64,000 nt of DNA from Octopus vulgaris. Its lineage: Eukaryota. Every line of letters begins with the position of its first letter. The first letter of the stretch is position 1. The position numbers and the translations under genes are program-made. Shown one piece after another: positions 28,780 to 42,201 of the stretch. A model generated the notes under the pieces. The model did not search any database and was not told the DNA's origin. It saw only the letters and a program-made list of their open reading frames with translations. The stretch covers positions 31,062,001 to 31,126,000 of the forward strand of contig OX597830.1 in NCBI GenBank assembly GCA_951406725.2, read 5' to 3'.

Positions 28780-29070
28780 ATGAGGGAGGGAATGAGCGAG
28801 CGACCACGCACAGAGAGAGAGGTTCTCTCTGCTGGCTGTGCGTGAAGCCCGCGCTTGAGTAGTTTGTGTTCTCGCGACCGACAGCTCGTGTGTGTGTGTG
28901 TGTGTGTGCTCGTGTGCACAAAACCGTGTGTAGACATTGTTTTCCGCAGCAACGTTCCGGGTTAGAGCGAAGAAGCAGAAGAAGAAGAAGAAGTGATGGC
29001 TAGAGGAAGAGGAGGAGGAGGGAGGAGGAGCGAGAGTAGAAAAAAAAGCAGCAACGGCATCTGCATACCT
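28780..29070 (+). promoter_or_regulatory. GC/CpG-rich promoter-like island
   Basis: Locally high GC and CpG, a hairpin at 28805-28844, Inr-like TGAGTAGTT (~28856), then purine-rich (GAA/GGA)n resembling a 5'UTR. Confidence 0.35.
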
Positions 29071-29510
29071 TCATATTAAATACACACACATAAGTACACA
29101 CATACATACATACATACATACATACATACATACATACATACATACATACAACAGTGCATTAACGTAGACACGCACACACTAACACACATAAACATACGCA
29201 TACATATATATATATATGTGTGTATACAGGCGCACAGATTTCGTAAGAAGAAATACAGTACACAAAACAAGAACAAGATCGAAAACTCGCCGTGTAAGAC
29301 AAATAATAGTCATTAATTTATTTGTGTGTGTGTGTGTGTGTGTGCGAATAAAAATACAAATCGGAAAAAAAAATCGCGAGGCTAGTCTAGGAATCGAAAC
29401 TACATTCAAAGTTAGAAAAAATCAACGGTTTCATACTACTCGTTCTGTTTGCATTCTTTAAAGTTCTGAAGTCTAGTCGCAAAGCAATTCCTATCACCAT
29501 CATCATCATC

Positions 29511-29575
<65 letters not shown>

Positions 29576-30859
29576 AAGATATTTCTCAATAGTAACGTCA
29601 GCACCACGATGTAAATACTTACACTTTTGAGTCTGTATATTACGTACATTTCCTCGCGTGAAGTAAAAATTTATCCCATTTAGTAGCAGAGGCAATGATT
29701 AATAATACATCAAACCTACCTGCGCCAAGTCTCGTATGAAGAGTAAGACATATATTAAAATACAGAGCAAAAAAAAAAAAGAAAAAAAAGAAAAACGGCG
29801 AGTAGGTTTTTTAATGAGTTGAATGAAGAGAGAGTGAGAGAGAAAGAGAAAGGAGAACGAGGGGAGAGAAGGAGGAGGAGGAGAGCAAGAAGATAAACTA
29901 GGAAGCTAAATAGAGATAGAGTTGAGATTGAAAAGAAACTGATCAATTTATTAAAATAAATGAGAGAAGCTATTGAAATCAGTCAGATAGGGAGAGGAGG
30001 TAAAAAAAATATTAAATAGATTAAAAATCTAAGGAAAAGGATTAAAGATCATGTGTGTGTGTGTGTGTTTCCATTTGTGGACGGGATTAGATTTAGCTAG
30101 TTTGTTTCGGATTGTTATTTTTTTTTTTGTTATCAATAATAAAATCAGTTCTTTATTTTCCTACACACACGCTCACGCAGATGTGTTAATGTGAGTACAC
30201 AAACACACACACACACACATATATATAAGCACACGCTATGCGTACACATATGGAAAAAGAAATGTTAGCACAGTCGGACAGGATACAACGGTAAAGGAAA
30301 AGCGAAAACAGACGGACGTAAACATGTAAAAGTCCCTTCGTCAGCAGCCGCCGAACGCATATTATTCGCACACACACACACACCTCGAGTTCGATGAGGT
30401 TTGAACTCGGATCTTTCCACAACAACAATTACTTGCGGCATGTAACAACAATTAAAACAGATTTCTCATAGTCCTTATCTACCTGTCTATCTTATATCGA
30501 GCTCGCTAGCAGACACAGTAAGATAACGATAGACCAATACCCAACGATTTTTATTAAAGCCACGTACAACTTAATGCATTATAAAATTATTATTTAATTT
30601 CGTCATTGTTGTTGATAGCCACCAATAAATAGAGTCAACCTCTGTGGACATTACAAAACAAGAACAAACGTTACAAATCAATAGATTTCTCCAAATGCAT
30701 CAAAGAGAAGCACCTCGATTGAAACGGCTCCTCCATGTGGTTAGAAATCAGAGAACTTTGGAGAGCAACTTTACAACGCTTCCTCGTAAAGATTAAGGAG
30801 TCGGGGGAGAAGTATAATTCGAAGACGGAGCGATTAATTAGCGATGTGGTTTTCGTATC

Positions 30860-30945
30860 AGATAAAGACGAAAGCGTCTTAAGAGAGATTGGACTAGTAT
30901 TTCTAGCAGGTCGAACGACCACGTAGCGGTTCCTGATTAGCTTGT
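30860..30945 (-). mobile_element. Repeat family C fragment
   Basis: GAGAGATTGG..TATTTCTAGCAGGTCGAACGACCACGTAG. Confidence 0.7.
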
Positions 30946-31064
30946 GTATAATAAAAAGGTGAATTTAACTGTGCTGTTCGTGTTTTTTTTTTTTTACCAA
31001 ACAGACCGACTACGTGAAACTTCGCCGATGTAATTTATATTATACCTATTACAAATACGAGCTA

Positions 31065-31275
31065 GAAAGGAAACTGCATGATCGCTCTGGCCGCTAGAAA
31101 TAGATACTGAATTCCCTCAGATCAAACCCAATCATGTTAAAAAGAAAGGAAAGATACTTTGTATAATCTACCACTATATATATAAATATACATAGATAAA
31201 CACACACACAGAAAGACGGGATGGTCACACCTGGAACACTTTGTCGGAGATTTTACTCAGACTTGTGGGTAACAA
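31065..31275 (+). mobile_element. Repeat family C
   Basis: GCTAGAAATAG..TTCCCTCAGATCAAACCC..GACGGGATGGTCACACCTGGAA. Confidence 0.7.
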
Positions 31276-31639
31276 CCAGTATAATTATATATTACACACA
31301 CACACACGCACAACGCGCGCGCACACATACATAACATGTAATGTGTGTATGGATATGCATATGTACACTGTGTATTGTATATGCAGCTTCACACACTTTC
31401 ATATAGATCTTTACACCTACTCCCACTACTCCTCCCAATTTCGTTCCGGCTGCTGCAATTTTGCCTCATTAAAGGTATTAATAGCAGCAGCAGCAGTAGT
31501 AGTATTAGCAACAGCAGTAGTGGGTGGTGTCTTTCTCCACTCCCCCTGTCATTATAATCTTTACACATTACACACACACACACACACATACATACACATA
31601 CATATACACCAGCACGAAGCGATACGAGCACACACACAT

Positions 31640-31685
<46 letters not shown>

Positions 31686-32605
31686 GTCAGCATTGATTTG
31701 GCCAGACAAGCAAAGCAATTATATTGGCAGTGAACACAACCTCCTCTTCCTCCTCTTTTTACTCCACCTCTTACTTCACCTCACTGCTGCTGCACCTCGC
31801 TAGTGCTTCAATTCTTCCGCCTTACTTTCTCTTCCTCTCCTCTCTTCCTTCTCCTCCTCCTCCTCGTCGAAGACTCTTCCAGCTTTGCTCTCATCTTCAC
31901 TTCACATCTCACACACACACGCACACACACACACACACAACAATCAACTGCAACTACCACTACTGTTGCGACGTCCTCCTCGTCATCCTTCGACGACACC
32001 ACTTAACCACTAAATCTAGTACAACTCCTCCTTCCTGTCACCTCTGCCTGCCCCTCCCAATACACACACACTCACACACACACACGTATATATATATGTG
32101 TGTGTGTGTGTCAGTTATGTTTCCCCCCCTTCCTTACTTAGTGTAACATTAGTTTCCTATGTCATTTACCTCTCCACTAATGTTATTTTTCGTCATAGTT
32201 CTCTCTCTCTCTCTGCCCTCATCTCTCGCCTTCCGCTATGCAATGAGCGGCTAACAAATGCGATGTAGTGATGTTTATGCGTGTCTCCCCCCCCCCACCA
32301 TAGTTATATTTGGCGATATACACCTAAGTAAAAGAATAACGAACCCTCGTAATTCATATAAATCGCGAAGTGAAATTCGTGGATAACAAAGGATCCTGGA
32401 TTTCTTGGCAAATTCGGCCCACCAAGACTTATCCATCGGATCCCCCTCTCTATCTCTCCTCGACTGTCATTAAAACTCCAAGAGACTTGCTGCTTTTTTT
32501 TACGGATTCAATATGTATCGTTCTAGATTTTCCCAAGTCTGTTATTATTATTATTTATGTAGACTGCACGAAGTTCAATCTTATAGCAACTGAGAAATAT
32601 TTATG

Positions 32606-32925
<320 letters not shown>

Positions 32926-33179
32926 ATCTTCCATACACCCAATCGCTCTTATTTGTCTAGCGCCACCCTCCCTCCAACTCTGTTCATCTACAATACCACC
33001 CCACTTCTGAATTTCTCTTACTACCCCCCTTTCCCCTCCGTGTCATTCACAATTCATTCCCTTGCTCAGCACTCATACCAACCCTCCACTCACTGTTATA
33101 TCGAAATCACGCAAGCGTATCCAGATTCAGACAGTGTTCGCCGTCTTGTTGGGTGGAAGTATTCGTTCCTTATATACAT

Positions 33180-33266
<87 letters not shown>

Positions 33267-33399
33267 TGTATGTATATGTATGTATACACACACACGTGTG
33301 TGGTAGCATGGCTTTTAATTTCACCCATGTCTTATATAATTTAGTTTGTCCTCATCTCAATAGTATCATTCTTTTTTTCCTTTTGTTTCCACCCTCTTG

Positions 33400-33448
<49 letters not shown>

Positions 33449-33527
33449 CACAACTCTCTCTCTCTCTCATTCAATGTTTCCTCATTGTTTCTTTCCCTCA
33501 TGCCTTTCTCTCCAACATTGCGCGTTC

Positions 33528-33532
33528 ATCTA

Positions 33533-33604
<72 letters not shown>

Positions 33605-33660
33605 ATCTATCTATCATCTATCTATCTATCTATCTGCTTGCCTGTTTATCTGCCTGTCTA
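33528..33660. repeat. (TATC)n/(TGTC)-like array
   Basis: Direct reading. Confidence 0.95.
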
Positions 33661-34611
33661 AATCTACATATTTGAATGCATTGAACAAGATTGATTTCCT
33701 TCGACTAAAGGGGACAGCACCCGTCTTACGACATATACCCAAGGGCCGGGGCCTATTCTGATCTATGTATGTTGTGGTTTGCTGTCAAAAAGTACTACTA
33801 TGATAATACAATAAGGCCTAGTACATTTATTTGCGCAAAGGCCTGTAAGACTGCGAAGATAGTTCTGCATGAAGGGCCGAGACATTTAGAGATTTAAGGA
33901 GGGAAGAAGTTAGAAAACTGCTACCTTCATGACTTTCTCATGAGCATTTAAAGCAACGGAAACCGTAGAGAGAGACACAATAAGAAGACGAGGCCGGGAA
34001 TAACATTTGTTGTCAATAAGTTGTCATACCAGCGCATGTAACTATATTAAATATAGCTACCTACCGCCTATCTCTTCTGTCAGGTAAACGTCCTATCCTA
34101 TCAGTCGCTTTGACATAACAGCATTTCGTAAAAGTGTATACGGTCAGATTAACAGCCCCGAATGCAATTTTGGTATCAACCAAAGGTGAATTAAAACCAA
34201 TGGCAGTGAGCTATACTTTAAAATGTGATATAACACAGTTGTAATTCATACAACACGATCAATGCAAATTATCTAATTCTTTTTTTTTTGTTGTTTATTC
34301 TTTAGTTCATGCACACACACACACACACACAACTATTAGTGTAGATTCTCTTTCAATTTTCTTTTTCTATCTTTTCACAATTATCTCTTTAAGTTAGTCC
34401 CAAGTGAGCTGAAAAGTCTGTGGTCAGGAGACAGCCTGGATCCTGTTACGCGATGCACTTAGCTTCTAAAGATAAGCACACACAAACACACACACACACA
34501 CACAAACCAGATGTTATTACATATTCAATCAGAGATGACCATATAGAAAAGTTTGTTTCTATCTTAAACAAAAGTTCATGAATACAACTCATAGACACTA
34601 GATACATACAC

Positions 34612-34642
<31 letters not shown>

Positions 34643-34792
34643 TGTATATATGTACGTATGTTTGTGATTTCGTTCCGTTCTCATATCAATGAAATATACT
34701 AGTACTTAGATTACAACTGCGGATTACGAAAAATAATCGTACCTAAAGGAACTGTTGTAAACGTTTGTGAGCAGAAGCACACACACACACAG

Positions 34793-34868
<76 letters not shown>

Positions 34869-35509
34869 CAAGGCCGGATTAAGGTCAACTGATACCTGAA
34901 GCAGAGCCCAACAATGGTGCACCCCCTCAACTTTGTCCATTGTCTGGGTGACATGCAATTAAGGCATGAGTGCTGTATAATGTGATATAATAGATTAAAA
35001 CCCCAATATTCTTCCCTGACACCCTTTCAACGCAGACCTCACAACGAAATCAAATATGACGTGATCATTTTTTTTCTTTTCATTAAGACTAAAATGCAGT
35101 AAGCATCGCAAGGAAATTATTACTTATAATTAATGCAACAGAAAAAAAGAAAACGCATATTTTCGACATTTTTTTAAAACGGGGACATAGTTCAGCTGCA
35201 CCGTATGCTGCATGGGAAATTCCGATACACATGTGGCGCTCCTACCATTGATTTCATAAACACGTGCTGCTTGTTTTACTTAAAACTGAATCCAGTCCTC
35301 AAATATGTATATATAACTTATTTTAAATTCATGCCAGTAGCCCAATTTACGTTTTAATTGCGTAAATTTTTCACTGACCTTTGCGACTATTATATTTAAG
35401 AAAGAAGTTTCAATATTGATCAAAGCAAGTTTTGAGTAGACGATAATATTTTGATGAAGTTAAATAGGAATTTTTAAAAAAAACCGTGTCCATTAAAGTC
35501 TCCTTGGCC

Positions 35510-35671
35510 CACTAGCGTAGATAGAGTGTTTGCTGCTCAGGGCGGCCCTTCAGTCCCCCACTCCACCTCGCCAAATACATATTGCCTACAGCAGATCCAG
35601 AAGTGATGCCGCCCTCATAAAAGTGCCGCCGGGGTTGGGCCACCCCTTCACTCCCTTTAGTTACGCTAGTG
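35510..35671. mobile_element. hAT-type MITE (162 bp)
   Basis: Perfect 10-bp TIRs CACTAGCGTA (35510-35519) and TACGCTAGTG (35662-35671). Flanking 8-mers CCTTGGCC and CCTTAGCT (6/8) fit an aged 8-bp hAT TSD. GC-rich interior. Confidence 0.7.
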
Positions 35672-35909
35672 CCTTAGCTAGCGAAACAAGATATGATTTT
35701 CTCCGAGACAATATTAAATTAGTGAAATCAATTTTTAATTTCTCGAAATAATCCCCCCCTTTTGTTTTTGAGAGTGTAAACAAATACCGCTAGGTTTTTC
35801 TTTTCCTTAACTAAGGGAAATTTTAAATAATTGATTTCTTTTCTTGTTTTTGCATAAATCATCCTGTATAACAAGTAAATCATGTTGCTTTTTCACTTGA
35901 GTGAAAACT

Positions 35910-36250
35910 TTTGTGGCTGCGTAAATAAGAAGTTTACTTCCCAAATACATGGTTGCAGGTTCAGTCCCACTGTGTGGTACCTTCGGCAAGTGTCTTCTAC
36001 TATAGCCTTGGGCCGACCAAATTCTTCTGCGTGGATCTGGTAGATGGAAACTGAAAGAAATCCGTCGCATACGCTCATGTATCTGCGCTTGTTTGTCACC
36101 CCACAATCGCGAGATCTAGTGGTTCGGCAAAAGAGGCCGATACAATACATACCAGTCTTTAATATAGTGAATAAGTTGTGGAATCGATTTGTTCGACTAA
36201 AACCCTCCAACACGTTGCAATCAATCCAATGATTGAAACACGTGAAAGAT
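35910..36250 (+). mobile_element. SINE family B
   Basis: GGTTCAGTCCCACTGTGTGGTACCTTCGGCAAGTGTCTTCTACTATAGCC..GGAAACTGAAAGAA..GGTTCGGCAAAAGAG. Confidence 0.85.
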
Positions 36251-36874
36251 ACGATCATCTGCCACGTCGTCGGCAAAACTCAGTACATAAAATAAGAGAC
36301 GAGTGTCAAGGAGAAGAAGGAAATTTAACTTTTCGTTAAGTTCTCCTTTGCCATGTGGTCAGAGTTTGGTGCATATACAATGTAGACCAACAGACACCTC
36401 GCCGCAATCATTGATAAATCGTGTAAGAGATATGGTTGATGCCGACTGTTTTACATAATTACAAAATCATATTGTGTGACATTCGTTGCTAATTTTCTGA
36501 AGACTATAAGGGCAGACATGACATGAAACTGCTTTCACTATCTAACATACTAACTGGCGCGCGCACTCACTCACTCACATACACGAGAAGCCACGAGACA
36601 CTGTATACATACATACCCACCCTGACTTCTCTTATAGCCGGCCACCCTTTACGCCGTGGAATTGGCCCCCTCCTGTCTCAGTTCGAATCATTTGAGCGCT
36701 ACAAAGTGTTTTCTATTCTGAGAATCTCTGGATCTCATCTGTTGACTATATACATACATACATACATACATACATGCACACCTACATTCAGGTACATACA
36801 TACATACATACATACATACATACATACATACATACATACGAGGAACCATGAGACAATGTATACATGGCGATATA

Positions 36875-36980
36875 TGTCATTGTTCAGTTTTAATTCAAGA
36901 TTTCTTGCCAATAGAGAAAGAGTCGGTTTCTAACCTAGATTCAAGGATCCTCCATTGGAATTTCAACATCAACAACATGG
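36875..36980 (-). mobile_element. Short interspersed fragment resembling a Penelope-like terminus
   Basis: Minus strand TTGTTGATGTTGAAATTCCAATGGAGGATCCTTGAATCTAGGTTAGAAACCG..AAGAAATCTTGAATTAAAACTGAAC embedded in (TACA)n. Recognised from memory of octopus repeats. Confidence 0.35.
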
Positions 36981-37453
36981 TATGTATGTAGGTATGTATG
37001 TATGTATATATGTATGTATGTATGTGCAGATTTGTACGTTTTTCTTTATCTATGTATTCTCATGCATATAGTTGCATGTCTAGACATACTCATATATATC
37101 TAAACGAGAAAACAGACACACAGAAGCACGCACAGACAAACTGCCGTTTATATATATAGAGATGATAAACATATGTATGCATGTATGTATGTATATATAC
37201 TTATGCAGAAACATACAAATCCCGTATGCATACATATAATTACACATTTCTAGTGTGAAGTTCTGGGTGCAATAGCAGAGAAAAATATAAAAGAGAAAAA
37301 GAGAATTACAATGACCTTTACTGTGGATGTTTACAACTTAAACATGGCTCGCCTGTCAACTAAACTCATCACCCAGGGCGCTTCACCTCCCCTTACCACT
37401 TCTCCAGCACAACCACGTCGGTCGCCCACCTCAACTAAAACCACACAGGCGCG

Positions 37454-37508
<55 letters not shown>

Positions 37509-38489
37509 GCAGGACCATCAATAACGAAGATGTCTCGAAACTTACACTAATGACATCACCAATAATATAATGGAAGTTTTTACACAGTCACTGAACTTGC
37601 TAGAACTAGCAACCAAATCTTCAATCTCATTCTGCTATCTTTTTTTTTAAATAAAAGAAAAAGAACGAAACAAACAAAAAAGGTGACATCCGATATAGGA
37701 GTCCTATTATACAAAGAGATTAAGTGGAACTCGGGTGGCATGCCTTTGATCACAGATCTGCTTAAACAAGGATCTCCTAGCTTGTGACAATACAATAACT
37801 CTATCTCTACTTGGACGCACCAGCCAACCTCCCACTTCGTATAATCACACTACACCACGCATAACTTGCTACCGAAAACTAGGTAGACACCCATTCAAGT
37901 ACTACATATATAGCTCCGTCAAAATATATCTCAGTGTGGGAGGTCTTAAGCCACGAATAGAGTTGTCATCATAAAAAGTCCTCAAAGAATGCTCATATTC
38001 GCTTTTGATTCATTTTTATTAAATATAAAATCCAGGGTTGTCTCCCCTGCCTCGTTTGACCATTATGCTAACGAGTTTCTCCCTCGCTACGGTTGTAATT
38101 TTAATTAAAATTTTCTTGGCTGTCCCCCACTTTCCCAGTCCCACATTTACAAATTCTACAGCTTAATTGAATTTATCTACCTCATAAATATCTCAAATCT
38201 CATCCCACTCACTCGCACACATACACCACACTGCATATATATTACTTCCAAAACAATGCTTACAAGCTCTTTTACACCAGACCATCGCAGCTATCCCGTA
38301 CAATTACACGAACATATGCTCATATTTGCGAGCGCAAGTAAGTACTTCTATGCGCAGTCTGTGTTATATATGTCATTATGCTTCATAAATGATATCAAAA
38401 ACCACAAAAATTATATCATGCGATAGAGATTTAGAGATGTTCATAGAGTAATACGAGTAAACAGTGTTAGCTACCTTAGGTTTCACGCC

Positions 38490-38715
38490 TTCAAGAAGAC
38501 ATACAAATGCAAGAATCCAAATACATTCCTACAGAACAAATCTTACTACATAGAGGCGATAATTTAGAGATGACTATTAAGAATTAGATAATTAGAGATG
38601 ACTATAAAGAAGTCATCTCTGTAAAACCCAACCTAAAAGTAACACGGAAACGTTACATAGGCATGGCAGAAGGAAGTTTTAAGGAAAGACTTTATAATCA
38701 CCGTTATATTACTCA
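38490..38715 (+). mobile_element. Penelope-like element fragment (GIY-YIG endonuclease)
   Basis: 38648-38707 encodes KRYIGMAEGSFKERLYNHRY (PLE consensus YIG.TEG.FK.R..NH). Upstream YKCKNPNTFLQNKSYYIEAII resembles the eroded CNC...CPL...C...IIY linker. Confidence 0.8.
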
Positions 38716-39778
38716 TTACATATTATGAAAGAGAGGGATACACTAGATAATATGGAATTAGATATACTGTGCTATAAAAAAATAGATGGTCGTGGTTAGG
38801 ATACTTTTGCTCATGTGTAGAGTTGGTGCTAACCAACAGCATACTTAGGAGTAGACGCAAACAATATTCAGCGCTTTTTTTTTACGGTAGCATTGAAACT
38901 GCCGGTGGATTAGAACAGGCAAACTCTACTCCACCAACGAAAAAGATGGTGATTTTAAAACCCAACAGAAATGAAGAATTACATAATCGACAATTGAATG
39001 TAGGTCACCCCCCAGCAACCAAACTTTGAATGCTGGAGTTGGAAATGCACTCGGATTAAAAGAAAGGTCTTAAGGGACTTACAGCCTACAGATATGTGAA
39101 CGATGATTTAAAGTATAATTGTACTCAAATTATCTATTCAAAAAAAATAATTAAAAAATTCAAGAACGACTAAACGGACCTCTTTTCAATGCATTTCAAA
39201 TCAATGTTCGTAACAACTTTCAGACGAATTACTGACGCTGAGTGGGGGTGGGGAATTTGATTTCAAGAAATTGCAAGCAATTGCTTAAATTTTAATTTGG
39301 GGGCCTCATTGTGCTCTGGTAACAAAGTAGCGGTGAAGGATGAAGCAGTTAGGGTTTTCCGCGCGGTTCCCCCAACAAAACCCTACATAACATATGTGAC
39401 GTTACCGCCTCTTCGAGTATAGAAGGTTTCTTTTAGCGATATTGCAGAATATTATATATACAAAAAATGAATAAATAAATAAATAAATAAATAAATAGTT
39501 GCAATAATTGACAGTGGAGAAATTAAACTCCGATAAAATATTCATAGAGTCAAAGAAAAAAACCTCAAGGCACTCAACAGAAGCAGTTTGTGTAGTGTAA
39601 TAAATAAATAAATAAATAAAACAAATAAAGAAATAAACCAGGTAAGAAAGACTAACAAGAAATACACAAAGCAGCATGAATCGATAACCGCTAAGCTACG
39701 ACGACACCCTTAACATATTGACAACAATGAAAACTAGCACAACAGATGCAAACGCGAGCAACCGCGAAGTGGTACGCA

Positions 39779-39822
<44 letters not shown>

Positions 39823-39906
39823 GCCTAGGTAATTTCTGTTGTTAATGACATCAGGAAACTGCTGGGGAGACGCTATGAACTAGTTTAACTCAGACAGACA
39901 GCTCCT

Positions 39907-40029
<123 letters not shown>

Positions 40030-40183
40030 CATACATACGTGTATAACAATCCATACTGACATATATTTGTTTTTGTGTAATGTGTGTACACACAAATACA
40101 TACACGAACAGAACCATGTCTATACGTATGCATATCTTACGCAGCAGCACCACCAGTAGTAGTAGTAGTGGTAGTAGTAGTAA

Positions 40184-40230
<47 letters not shown>

Positions 40231-40514
40231 AACGACAGTGATAAAAGACGCTACTAAATAAAATACTTGCTGTGGCACCAAAATAAAAACAGACATAAAA
40301 AAAAAAACCTCCACCAACAACAAATACAATCGCTCATCACACCTGTCTGTCCCATTCACCATTAATCATCAAAGACCAGAAAACAATTGCTGCTGCTTGT
40401 TGTTGTTGTTGTTGCCATTGTAGATATTTTGTTGTTTATTATTAATTTTTTTGTTCCTCGGCTGTATTGCAAAAAAAAAAAAATAAATAAAAGATGCAAT
40501 AGAACAATAATTGT

Positions 40515-41699
40515 TCTTAATTTATAGGCACGAGGCCAGCAATTGCGAGGGGAAGAGGATAGACGATATGCCACCGAACCCAGAAAACTTAATTTGTACT
40601 TTATTTTATCGACCGCGAAAGGGCGGAAAGGGTAAAAGCTGACCTCGGCAGGATTTCAACTCAGAATATAAAGAGCAAGAGAGAATGAATAACACAAGGC
40701 ATTTTCCATTCCGGCGCTTTGAGGATTCTGCCACTGCCACAACAACAATAATGATAATAATAATTCTTCCTTTTTTACTTTAGGCACAAGGCTGGAAATT
40801 TTAAGGGAGGAGGCACTACTAGTCAATTGCATCGACCCCAGTGCTCAACTGGTGCTTATTTCATCGACCCCCGAAAGGAATGAAAGGAAAAATCGACCTC
40901 AGCGAAATTTGAACTCAGGGAGTGAAGAAGACGAACGAAATGCCGCAAAAAGCATTTTGTCCGGTATTCTGACGAATCTACCAGCTCGCTGCCTGAACAA
41001 CAACAACAACAACAATAATGATTTCAAATTTTGGCACAAGGCCAACAGCTTTGGAGGAGGGGGTTAAACAGATTACACCGACTCCCAGTGCTCGACTGAT
41101 ACTTATTTTATCGACCGCGAAAGGATGAAAGGCAAAGTCGACATCGGCGGAATTTGAACTCAGAACATAGCAGCAGACAAAATACCTATTTCTTTATTAC
41201 CCACAAGGGGCTAAACACAGAGGGGACAAACAAGGACAGACATAGGTATTAAGTCGATTACATCGACCCCAGTGCGTAACTGGTACTTAATTTATCGACT
41301 GCGAAAGGATGAAAGGCAAAGTCGACATCGGCGGAATTTGAACTCAGAACATAGCAGCAGACAAAATACCGCTAAACATTTCGCCGGCCTGCTAACGATA
41401 CTGTCAGCTCGCCGCCTTAAATAATAATAATAATAATAATAATCCTTTCTACGATAGACACAAGGGCTGGATTTTTGTAGGGAAGGGGAATAATCGATCA
41501 TATCGACCCCAGTAATTAATTTTTGTAGGGAAGGGGAATAATCGATTATATCGACCCCTGGTACTTAATTCATCGACCCCGAAAGAATGAAAGGTAAAAT
41601 CGACTTGGGCGGAATTTGAACTCAGAACACGAAGATGGCTGAAATACTGCTAAGCCTTTTTTACCTGGCGTGCTAACGATTCTGCCAACCCGCCGCCTT
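40515..41699 (-). mobile_element. Head-to-tail array of SINE family A copies separated by (AAC)/(AAT)n
   Basis: Copies at ~40515-40740, 40768-40994, 41020-41418 (composite) and 41443-41699, all in the same orientation. Confidence 0.9.
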
Positions 41700-41700
41700 A

Positions 41701-41745
<45 letters not shown>

Positions 41746-42169
41746 CGTCTTATTAATTGCCACAAGGGCGACAGAAGAGAGGACATTACATGTTAATGAT
41801 AATTAAACAAACAAAAACAAACAATAATAATGAACGTAAAAATAAAAAAAAAAATAGAACCAGAAACAAAAAAAAAAAAAGTAACGACAAAAAACACGAG
41901 CAAAACAATGAAATAAAAAAGAAAAAACAGGTTAATAGTTGTGTGTTAGTAATTAAGTAGTGTTTAATTGGATTTTTCTCCGCTACATCTTCCCCGCCCT
42001 CCAACAAACCCCGCCGCCAAACTACTGTAGCAAAGCTTCTTTGCTTCACTAGAGTCGATGTTTTTCATAGAAATAACACAAGCTAGTCTTGTTTCACACT
42101 TTATTTCTCAGACAAGCCAACATAATTACAAACTGTTCTCTCTCTCTCTCTTCTGTGTGTGTGTGAGAG

Positions 42170-42201
<32 letters not shown>

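Noticed and set aside
30671-30926. Overlapping 63-aa and 83-aa ORFs that look globular
   Set aside because: They overlap a family C repeat fragment, and I recognise no domain or convincing splice context.
37100-37165. Helitron-like 5' end on the minus strand (TCTCTATATATATAAACGGCAG)
   Set aside because: Only a short fragment; no 3' hairpin/CTAG end found.
40515-41699. Repeat-spacer appearance suggesting a CRISPR array
   Set aside because: Units are ~200-bp SINEs with microsatellite spacers in eukaryotic DNA; no cas genes.
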